From Bacteroidia bacterium (lineage in GTDB: Bacteria; Bacteroidota; Bacteroidia; UKL13-3), in the NCBI GenBank assembly GCA_051861545.1, contig JBIMKP010000001.1, positions 96,820 through 160,819 on the forward strand: 64,000 bases of DNA. The letters run 5' to 3'. The notes below the pieces were generated by a model, which ran no database searches, was not told where the DNA came from, and saw nothing but the letters and a program-made list of their open reading frames with translations. Positions 39,667 to 49,100 of this stretch are shown here, in pieces (within the stretch, counting starts at the first letter, position 1; every line of letters starts with the position of its first letter). A program made the position numbers and the translations under genes.

Positions 39667-42600
39667 ATGAGAGTAAATTTAAAAGTTCTATTATCATTGA
39701 TATTTTTCTATTTCGCAAATATCTCTATTTCGAAATCTCAATGTCTTACGTGTACAACTAACAACCCATTAAACTCTGGATTAATCTGGTGTCACCCTTT
39801 CAGTGGAAATGCAAACGATGTTACCGGAAATGGATATGATGGTTTTGTTTCAGGGGCAACATTAATTCCAGATAGGGCTGGTAACTTAAACTCAGCTTAC
39901 AATTTTAATGGCACATCAAGTTATATCTCTATATCAAAATTATTACCAAGTTTTCTTCCAACATTTTCTATGAGTATGTGGCTAAAACCTGGCACAAATA
40001 CAGGCAATGGTTTTGTTTTATGGGAAGGAGATAACGCTTGTGGGAATGACATTTATCTGGTAGTTCAAAATTCAACTATTAAACTTGGTGCAAATAAAAA
40101 TTCAAGCTTAGGCGGACTTGGAAATTCTGCTCATACATATACAGTTCCTGGATCATTTATAAATAACTGGACTCACATAGTTTGGGTAATGGAGCCAACA
40201 ACATCAAGACTTTATGTTAATGGTAATTTAGTAATTACAATCAATGCAGCTGGAAATGGTTCTGGTTATAATTTCCCAACAAGCTATGGAAGTAAATTTG
40301 ATGGAATTGGAGGTTCTTGTGGTGCACCAAGGCAATTTTATTACCAAGGGGGTATTGATGATGTTCGACTTTATAATAGGAGTTTGAGTGCAAGTGAGGC
40401 ACTAAGTTTATACAATATTTCACCTGGAACACCACCTATAATTACCTCAATAACTGACAGATTTATTTGTAAGGGAGATTCAATACAAGTAAATCCGATT
40501 GTGAGTAATGCAACAAATTTTTCATGGTCACCAACTTCTGGGGTAACCAATCCGAATATTATAAATCCTTTTTTTAAGCCCTCAGCATCTACAACTTACA
40601 TTTTAAGTGCCAGCAATAGTCAATGTACAGAAAAAGACACATTCTCAATCTATTTAAATAGTCTTAACCTTGAACTTGGGGCAAATAGAAATATATGCTT
40701 GGGAGACTCTATAAGACTCAATCCTATTATTTCAAATGCAAGCACGTTTAGTTGGACACCTGCAACCGGTATAAGCAATACAGGAATTTCCAATCCTTTT
40801 TTAAAACCAATAAGCACAACAACATATATTCTTACCGCAAGCAACAACTCTTGTTCTATAAAAGATACTGTTACAATTGTTGTAAATAATATTAGTTTAG
40901 AAGTGGGACCTGATAAAAATATATGCCCTGGAGATTCCATTCAAATCATCCCAATTTTTAGCAATGTCGATAATTTTTCCTGGCAACCAACTTTGGGAGT
41001 AAGCAATTCCGTAATAAGTAGCCCTTATTTCAAGCCAACAACTACAACTAATTATATTCTAACTGCAACAAATAGTTCATGCACAATAAAAGATACTGTT
41101 CGAATTCAGGTAAATGGTATTAGTTTAGAATTAGGTGCTGACAAAACATTTTGTCCAGGAGATTCAATAAAAATAAACCCAACAATAGTTAATGCAAATA
41201 ATTTCAGTTGGCTACCCATAACCGGTCTTAGTAATCCAAATATTAGTAACCCCAATTTCAAGCCCAGTGTTACCACTAAATACATACTTACTGCAAGCAA
41301 CAACTTTTGCACATTAAAAGATTCAATTACGATTCATGTAAATGACTTAAGTCTAGAATTGGGTTTAAATAGAAACATTTGTCCAGGAGATTCTGTCCAG
41401 CTAAATCCCATATTTACTAATGCAAATAGTTTTCTTTGGACTCCCAATTTAGGTATAAGTAGTCCAACAATAAGTAACCCTATTTTAAAGCCTGATACTA
41501 CAACTAAATATATATTGACAGCGAACAATACTTCTTGCTCAATTAGCGATACCATTTTAATTCAGGTAAACAATTTAAGGATTCTACTCGGACCCAATAA
41601 AAATATCTGTTTAGGAGATTCAATTAGAATCAATCCCTTTACATCAAATGTTTCATCATTCAATTGGTCTCCATCAATTTTTGTAAGTAATACCGGCATA
41701 GAAAATCCATTTTTAAAACCAACTACTTCCACTAAATTTTATTTAGATGTGAGCAATAGTTCCTGTAGCTTAAAGGATTCCGTTGAAATCACAGTAAATA
41801 CAATTTCACTTGAACTGGGTTCTGATAAGACAATTTGTTTGGGAGATAGTATTATTCTTAACCCTTTAGCAGGAAATGGTAACTTTTTATGGTCACCGGC
41901 AACTGGACTTAATACAATAAATTCTAAAAATACCATTGCAAAACCTATATCAAATATTAAATACTATCTAAATCATACCAATGGGGCTTGTTCAATGATT
42001 GATTCAGTAACAATTTCAGTAAATAGTATTTCTGTAGAACTTGGCACAGATAAGTCTGTTTGTTTAGGAGATAGTATCAGAATTAACCCCACAACAATAA
42101 ATACATCAAATTATTCTTGGAGCCCTATAAATGGAATTTCTGACCCATTAATTAAAAACCCCTTCTTCAGTCCAAATATTTCAACTAAATATTTTTTATT
42201 AGTTTCTGATGGCTTATGTAGTGCAAAAGATTCAATTTCCATTGAAACCAAAATTATAAGTTTAAATGCTGGATTGGACCAAACAATTTGTTTAGGAGAT
42301 AGCATTCAATTAAATGCAATAGCAGGTATTGGAAACTATTCATGGTATCCTAAAATAGAAATTAGTGATACAAGTATTTCAAACCCTATAGTTCAGCCTA
42401 AAAACGATAGAAAATACTTCATTAGCTATGCAGAAAATGGTTGTCGAACATTAGATTCAATTTTAGTAATAGTGAGGCAAATAGGTTTGGATGCGGGTAT
42501 AGACAAAACAATTTGTTTAGGAGATAGTATACAAATCTTAGCAAATCAATTTGGTGGAAGTAATTTAATTTGGAGTCCTGCAATTGGTCTTTCTGATATT

Positions 42601-43692
42601 AACATAATCCAACCTTGGGCAAAACCAATTTCAACTCAAAAATATAAATTAAAAATAGACGATGGAGTTTGCTTTAAATCAGATAGTTTAACCATTACAA
42701 TTTTAGATAAAAACCTAATATCAAAAAGCAATGACACAATGATTTGTTCCGGAAATTCTGTTCAACTAAACATTATTGGTGGAACTAATTTGCAATGGTT
42801 AAATCCATACAATTTAGATTTAAGTAATATTTCTAAACCTGTTGCATCACCTCTTATTGATACAATATATATTGTAAAATTTTCTACGAATGGTTGTTGG
42901 TTTTTTGATTCAATTTCTATCAAAGTAAATAAAAGTCCTTTTATTGATGCTGGTAGAGATACATTTCATTGTTTCGAAAATTTTGTTAAAATAACTGGGA
43001 ATAAAGGAAATTCGTTACAATCATATTGGCAGTCTAACCCGTATTTCTCAGATACATTAAAATTAGACCAAATTGTTTCAATCAAAAATCAATATAAATT
43101 TATTCTAACCGGAAATAGCAATGGTTGTTTTAGTTTTGATACTATTGTTGTAAATGAAAGGCCTAAAGTAACTGCCGACTTTTCGGTATTTCCTGAAAGC
43201 GGTTTGACCCCCTTAGATATTAACTTAAAAAATACTTCAACAAATTATACAATATTCTCTTGGGTAATTGATGGTACAAGTTCAAATGGACTCGACCCTG
43301 ACACTAGCTTTATTTATAATAACAAAAAGGATTTAAGTATTCTTTTGACTGTATTTGACAGCTCTGGATGCACTGATACTATAAGCAAAACTATAAAGAT
43401 AAATGTTGAACCCGTTTTTAAGATCCCAAATGTGTTTACACCAAATGTAGATTATTCCAATGATTACTTTGAAATATTACACAATCCGGAAGCATTCAAA
43501 TATGTTGAATATGAAGTTTATAACAGATGGGGTCAATTGCTATACAAAACCAAAATGCCTGGCGGAAAATGGTGGGATGGTACTTTTGATGGAAATCCTT
43601 GCCCGGAAGGCGTCTATTTTTATATAGCAATTGGAGAAGCTTTAAACGGAAAAATGTTTAATGCTCATGGAACATTAACCTTACTTAGGTAA
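39667..43692 (+). CDS. T9SS type-B-CTD cargo: LamG + about 14 Cys-containing repeats + PKD-like module + CTD (paralog B; track start 39634 is probably 33 nt too far upstream)
   Basis: Same architecture as paralog A. The LamG domain is ~85% nt-identical (CHPFSGNANDVTGNGYDGFVSGATLIPDRAGNLNSAYNF...IDDVRLYNRSLSASEALSL). The shared start context aaaaatctacccATGA(a/g)a is found at 35928-35945 and 39655-39672, supporting the ATG at 39667 (MRVNLKVLLSLIFFYFANISISKS|QC). The CTD is slightly degenerate (IPNVFTPNVDYSNDYFEIL...YNRWGQLLYKT...GTLTLLR). Confidence 0.8.
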   Translation: MRVNLKVLLSLIFFYFANISISKSQCLTCTTNNPLNSGLIWCHPFSGNANDVTGNGYDGFVSGATLIPDRAGNLNSAYNFNGTSSYISISKLLPSFLPTFSMSMWLKPGTNTGNGFVLWEGDNACGNDIYLVVQNSTIKLGANKNSSLGGLGNSAHTYTVPGSFINNWTHIVWVMEPTTSRLYVNGNLVITINAAGNGSGYNFPTSYGSKFDGIGGSCGAPRQFYYQGGIDDVRLYNRSLSASEALSLYNISPGTPPIITSITDRFICKGDSIQVNPIVSNATNFSWSPTSGVTNPNIINPFFKPSASTTYILSASNSQCTEKDTFSIYLNSLNLELGANRNICLGDSIRLNPIISNASTFSWTPATGISNTGISNPFLKPISTTTYILTASNNSCSIKDTVTIVVNNISLEVGPDKNICPGDSIQIIPIFSNVDNFSWQPTLGVSNSVISSPYFKPTTTTNYILTATNSSCTIKDTVRIQVNGISLELGADKTFCPGDSIKINPTIVNANNFSWLPITGLSNPNISNPNFKPSVTTKYILTASNNFCTLKDSITIHVNDLSLELGLNRNICPGDSVQLNPIFTNANSFLWTPNLGISSPTISNPILKPDTTTKYILTANNTSCSISDTILIQVNNLRILLGPNKNICLGDSIRINPFTSNVSSFNWSPSIFVSNTGIENPFLKPTTSTKFYLDVSNSSCSLKDSVEITVNTISLELGSDKTICLGDSIILNPLAGNGNFLWSPATGLNTINSKNTIAKPISNIKYYLNHTNGACSMIDSVTISVNSISVELGTDKSVCLGDSIRINPTTINTSNYSWSPINGISDPLIKNPFFSPNISTKYFLLVSDGLCSAKDSISIETKIISLNAGLDQTICLGDSIQLNAIAGIGNYSWYPKIEISDTSISNPIVQPKNDRKYFISYAENGCRTLDSILVIVRQIGLDAGIDKTICLGDSIQILANQFGGSNLIWSPAIGLSDINIIQPWAKPISTQKYKLKIDDGVCFKSDSLTITILDKNLISKSNDTMICSGNSVQLNIIGGTNLQWLNPYNLDLSNISKPVASPLIDTIYIVKFSTNGCWFFDSISIKVNKSPFIDAGRDTFHCFENFVKITGNKGNSLQSYWQSNPYFSDTLKLDQIVSIKNQYKFILTGNSNGCFSFDTIVVNERPKVTADFSVFPESGLTPLDINLKNTSTNYTIFSWVIDGTSSNGLDPDTSFIYNNKKDLSILLTVFDSSGCTDTISKTIKINVEPVFKIPNVFTPNVDYSNDYFEILHNPEAFKYVEYEVYNRWGQLLYKTKMPGGKWWDGTFDGNPCPEGVYFYIAIGEALNGKMFNAHGTLTLLR
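40456..43170 (+). repeat. In-frame tandem array of about 14 x ~228-bp two-Cys repeat units inside paralog B
   Basis: Same unit as in paralog A. The motif tgtttaggagatagtat recurs at ~41835, 42059, 42288 and 42515. Confidence 0.55.
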
Positions 43693-43785
43693 TTTAACTC
43701 TAAAAATTATATCAATTTTTGTTGAAACTATATTCTAAGCAATATTATTATATTAAATTCCAAAATATTTTTGACATAAATTTTT

Positions 43786-45852
43786 GTGAATTATAACAAA
43801 TTAAATATTCAGTTTTGGTATATACTTATTTCCCAAATTTGTGGTCTATCTTTCTTTTCTAAAGTTCAGGCTCAGTGCACTTTTGCAAATCGAATAACAT
43901 ATACAAATTTGGCTGTAAATGGTGATTTTACTTTAGGAAATACTGGATTTAACCATCCAGATTTATTTTATTCAAGCATTTACCCGTTAGACACAGGTAA
44001 ATTTACAATTACAACAAATGCAGCTTTGGTAAGTCCTAGCTTAAGTGGATTCGATCATACCAGCGGTAGTGGTAATTTTATGGTTATTAACCAAGGTTCA
44101 AATCCTGTAGTTTGGAAACAAACCATTACTGTTAATCCAGGAGAAGCTTATTTATTTGCATCTTGGTTTAAAAATGTAGTAAAACTGCCAGATTATGCAG
44201 GTTTACCAACTGCCAAAATGGAACTTTGGATAAATGGAACAAAAATTAGTAGTACACTAAATGTGTCTGATTCACCAGATGAATGGCGTCTTTTGGAAGC
44301 AACTTGGATTTCAGGAACTGCAACAACTGCTAATATAGAAATCAGGAATGCTGAAACTTCAACAAGTGGAAATGATTATGGCATTGATGATGTAACATTT
44401 AAATCATGCTGCCAAAACAAAGTAAATGCAGGTATTGACCAAACTATTTGTTTGGGAGATAGTGCTATTCTAAACGCAGATGGTGCAGTAAGCTTTGTTT
44501 GGTCTCCAGTTTTTCATATAAACAATATTAATATCCCAAACCCAATAGTTCGACCTCCTGTTACAACAAATTATTATGTTACTAGAACAAATGGATCCTG
44601 CATTTCAAAAGATACGATATTAATAACTGTTCAACAAGTTTCTGCAAATGCGGGCATTGACCAAAAAATTTGTGCTGGTGATAGTATTCAACTCAACGGA
44701 AAAGTTGTTGCCACAAAATGGGAATGGATTCCAACAACAGATTTAAGAGATCCCCTAAGTTTACAATCTTGGATGGTTCCAAAAACACCAACTAAACTTA
44801 TTCTAAAAGCTGAAATAACTAATTGCACCAGGTACGATACTGTTGATATATCTTTCATCAACAACATAAATGCAAGAGCTGGTAACGATACATTTACATG
44901 TTCAGGAAATCCAATTCAATTAAAAGCTAGTGGTGGAAATAACTATTTATGGCTAACAAATTATCAAATCAATGATATAAATTCAGCCAATCCTATTGTT
45001 AATCCTTTGGTAGATACCAATTACATTTTAAGGGTTCAAGTAGGAAGTAATTGTTTTGGCTATGATACTGTTTTTGTTGCTGTAAATGGGGCAGCAAGTA
45101 TAGAACTAGGAGAAGACTTAGGACATTGTTTTGATGGTGCTGTTCAAATACCAACAGTATTTAAAAATCCAGTAGATTCTTTTAATTGGTCGCCACAAAC
45201 AGGTTTAAATAATGTGAAAATTGAACGTCCATTTGCAGCAATTAAAGGCAAACAAACATTTACACTTACAGCTTATAAAAATTCTTGCATAAGCAAAGAC
45301 AGTGTTTTGGTTTATGAAATGCCAAAAATAACCGCAAAATTCATTACCAACCCACAAAATGCAATTGCACCAAGTTTTGTTCAATTCATTAATCAATCAA
45401 CGAATGGAACAAGATTTTCATGGGAATTTGGAGATGGGTCATTTCCGTCACAAGAAGTAAATCCTGTTCATTATTACAAAGATACAGGTGAATTTATAGC
45501 CAGATTATTTGCTATTGATAGTTTAGAATGTGCTGATAGAGCTGTAAAAACTATAACATTAGTTACTGCTCCTTATTTAAAATTACCTAATGCAATAAGC
45601 ATTAATGGAGACGGTATCAATGAAAAGTTCATTCCTATTTTTAATGAAGAAGCATTTTTATGGTTGAGATATACTATTTATGATAGATGGGGAAATGAGA
45701 TTTATTTTACAGAATATCCTAATGCAAATTGGTGGGATGGAACCATAGACGGTGAACCTTGCCAAACTGGAACATATTTTTATAAAATTGATGCTTTAGG
45801 CCGAAATAATGAGCCATTTAATTTAAAAGGCACAATCGATTTACTCAGATAA
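43786..45852 (+). CDS. T9SS type-B-CTD cargo: N-terminal jelly-roll/CBM-like domain + about 4 of the same Cys repeats + PKD-like module + degenerate CTD
   Basis: Signal peptide ...SKVQA|QC. The N-terminal ~200 aa (GDFTLGNTGF...GSGNFMVINQGSNPVVWKQTITVNPGEAYLFASWFKNV...YGIDDVTFKSCC) resembles a CBM_4_9/galactose-binding-like module. Then ICLGDSAILNADG...WSP...NP...P.VTTNYYVTRTNGSCISKDTILITV-type repeats. The CTD is LPNAISINGDGINEKF...IYDRWGNEIYFT...WWDGT...GTYFYKIDALGRNNEPFNLKGTIDLLR. GTG start. Confidence 0.7.
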   Translation: MNYNKLNIQFWYILISQICGLSFFSKVQAQCTFANRITYTNLAVNGDFTLGNTGFNHPDLFYSSIYPLDTGKFTITTNAALVSPSLSGFDHTSGSGNFMVINQGSNPVVWKQTITVNPGEAYLFASWFKNVVKLPDYAGLPTAKMELWINGTKISSTLNVSDSPDEWRLLEATWISGTATTANIEIRNAETSTSGNDYGIDDVTFKSCCQNKVNAGIDQTICLGDSAILNADGAVSFVWSPVFHINNINIPNPIVRPPVTTNYYVTRTNGSCISKDTILITVQQVSANAGIDQKICAGDSIQLNGKVVATKWEWIPTTDLRDPLSLQSWMVPKTPTKLILKAEITNCTRYDTVDISFINNINARAGNDTFTCSGNPIQLKASGGNNYLWLTNYQINDINSANPIVNPLVDTNYILRVQVGSNCFGYDTVFVAVNGAASIELGEDLGHCFDGAVQIPTVFKNPVDSFNWSPQTGLNNVKIERPFAAIKGKQTFTLTAYKNSCISKDSVLVYEMPKITAKFITNPQNAIAPSFVQFINQSTNGTRFSWEFGDGSFPSQEVNPVHYYKDTGEFIARLFAIDSLECADRAVKTITLVTAPYLKLPNAISINGDGINEKFIPIFNEEAFLWLRYTIYDRWGNEIYFTEYPNANWWDGTIDGEPCQTGTYFYKIDALGRNNEPFNLKGTIDLLR

Positions 45853-46115
45853 ATTTCGAAAACTCAGTCATTTTTTTTCGAAAATCTTATCGCTTTTTAC
45901 GAAAATCAGCACGAATCAATTACAAGTCATTCATATTCTATTACTTACATCAAAACAAGTTCTCCTTGATTAAGTTTATTTTAAGAAAAATTTCGCTCGA
46001 AATTGTTAATTTTGAGAGATTAGGAAAACTGAATTCATAAGATACACTCACGATTTTAAAATCTAGGTGAACATTTAAAATTTAGTTATCATTAAAATAG
46101 AAAAAGGAAACTCGT

Positions 46116-49100
46116 ATGAAGATAAAATTACTTAGGTTGATTTTCGCATTTGTATTTCTAGTTGGATTAGGTTCAAAGCAATTAAATGCTCAAACTTATT
46201 CTTGGGCAGTTAAAGCAGCAGGCACAGGTGCAGATCATACCCGCGGAATAACTACAGATGCTCAACAAAATGTTTATCATTATTTTTATTACACAGGTAG
46301 TGTTACTATTGATAGTGCAGGAACACCTATTACCATAACAAGTAATGGTGGTAAAGACTTAGCCATTGTTAAGTATAACTGTAATAAACAATTTCAATGG
46401 GTTGTAAAAATTGGAGGACCATACCAAGATGGAGGAGACTTTAATAATCTAGGGATTGCAGTTGATTCATTAGGAAATATTTTTGCCTCTGGCTCTTACC
46501 GAGTTCAATTATTTGTAACATCAAGTAATGGTAGCACTATAACAAGAGGAGCAACGGGCCCAGTTAGTGTAATAGACAATATGTTTATTTTAAAAATGAC
46601 CAATAGTGGTATTGTGCAATGGGTAAACACTGGAATAAGTAATGGAGATGATGAAGGAGCAGGATTATGTGTTGATAGAGCTGGTGATGTATACGTTACT
46701 GGTTTTCATTCTAATAATGCCTTATTTACTTCAACTTCAGGAACAACAAACGCAACTTTAACAAGCTTAGGAAGTACAGATATTTTTATTGTTAAATACT
46801 CAACTCTTGGAGAGATTTTAATTAGTAACAGAGGAGGAGGTAACTTTCAAGATTTAGGCGCATCAATTGATGTTGATAGCAGCAGTAATATTTATGTAGC
46901 AGGTCAATTTGGTTCAGGAGGTTCTGGTATAGTTACATTAGGAAACGTAATTTCAAATACTGGAGGATGGGGAGCATTTGTAGCAAAAGCAGATGCAAAT
47001 GGTACTTGGATTTGGGCAAATTCAATGGGGCAAGCAGCATCTGAAGGTTATTCAAATGTAAAAGTAGATGATTTAAATGATAGAGTTTATGTAACTGGTC
47101 ATTATAACGGAAACTCCCAAGTAACAAGTAGGCCTGGTGGCACATTTGTAAATGTTACAACCAATGGCCAATTTGATGCAATTATAGTCTGCATGAATTT
47201 AGATGGAGCCAACCAATGGGTTAGAACCATGGGAAGTGTCTCTAATGAATTCGGTTATGGCCTAACATTAGATGCAAACTTAAACGTGATGTTTTCTGGT
47301 GAATTCTCTGGGACCATTTCACTTGGAGCTTTATCTATAGCTTCTTCTGGAAACTCATCTGGATATATGGCAAGAATTTCTAGATTAAATGTACCTTTAA
47401 ACCTATACAAAATTGGAACAACAAGCCCAGGTTTTAGAGCTGCAAGTGTTTTACATACTGGAAGTTCAGGAAAAGTTTATGTAGGTGGGTATTATATTTC
47501 ATCTCCAGTATATTTTTCAAATGATACCCTAGTAGGTGCTGGTGGTGAAGATGCATTTTTAGCTAAAATAAACGAAAATGATACTACATTTTTAAGGAGC
47601 ACAGCAACCACCATTCAATGTACTGGAGATACCTCATTTTTATACATTCCAAACAAAGATTTTGGAACATTTAGGTGGTTAAGAAATGATACCTTAATTA
47701 CAATTACTACCGACAATCGCTTTAAAACCAATATTAGCGGTACTTATAGGGTTGTAAGTGTTAGTCCTTGTGAACCTAATGATACTTCAATAGCAATAAC
47801 TGTAAATAAATTAACAACCTTTGTAACACCAAGATTAGGCGATAAAACAATCTGTAGGTCTGACAGCGCACAACTTGGAGGAAATACTGCATATAATTAT
47901 ACATGGACACCAAGTGCTGGTTTAAGAGATTCAATGGCAGCGAGTCCTTGGGCATTACCTAACACGAATACTACTTATTTTGCAACAATAAATTTCCAAG
48001 GTTGTACTTCTAGAGATACCTTAGTGGTTTCCGTTAATCAGAATTGTTGTATTACATGTTCTACGCCATACGATATCAACCAAGGATTAATTGCTTGTTA
48101 TCCATTTAATGGAAATGCAAATGATGAAAGTGGAAATGGAAACAATGGCACAGTAACTGGCGCAACCTTAACTGCAGATAGATTTGGAGTTGCAAACCGC
48201 GCTTACCTGTTTAATGGATTTAATAATTTCATTAATGTTCCAAACTCTCCAAGTTTAGCTTCACCTACAAATGAAGTAACCATTGCATTTTGGGGAAGAA
48301 TTAATGGATTTTATACATTTAACCCAGGAACAATATTTGCATCTGCAGTAACAAAAGGAAGTTCAACTACAAATTACCAATACCGTTTTGCAGTTAAAAA
48401 TAATGGTATTTTAAGCTTTAATAACAATAGACAATGGAACTTTACAGTAGGCACTAATACTGCACTAGCAACTTGGTATCACTTTGCTGTTACTATGAAG
48501 GATACGCTAATGATTTATTACAGAAATGGTTTACCAGTAGGCTCTTCAACAGTTACTAGCTCTTATACAAGTGCAAGAAATGAAAATTTAAGGATTGGAA
48601 GAGGAAATCCAACAAATGCTGCCGACCAATACAATGGTGTGATTGATGAAGTAAAAATTTGGAATAGAGCATTATCAGGAGCAGAAATATTTAAATTGTA
48701 TAGCTTAAGTTCAATTAATGGTTTACCTACAGTTAATGCTGGATTAGATAAAAACATGTGTAAAGATGATAGTGTGTTTATTAATGCTACAGGTACTGGA
48801 ATTGCAAACTTTTTATGGACTCCAAATAGAAGTTTAATGACAGATTCAACGGCTCTTATCATTAGAACATGGCCAGCTGATACTACAACTTTTATTTTAA
48901 GAGCGGATGTTAGTGGTTGCAAAAACTACGATACCATGAACGTAAATGTAATAGATTTCAAACCTGAAGCTGGTCTGCCGCAAAATATATGCTTTGGTGA
49001 TAGCACTCAATTAAATGCATCATCGGCCTTATTACACCAATGGTCGCCAAACCTATATATTAGCAATGTTAATATTTCAGATCCTTGGGTAAAACCTGAT

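Noticed and set aside
40241-42305. Six short minus-strand ORFs (64-96 aa) nested inside paralog B, and similar ones in the other giant genes (37331-37549, 38266-38493, 45205-45396, 46933-47145, 48563-48922, 49007-49243, 10722-10904, 11668-11862)
   Set aside because: They are antisense to long genes that have strong protein-level signatures, and they lack motifs. Their periodic spacing simply mirrors the sense-strand repeat units. They are treated as frame artefacts.
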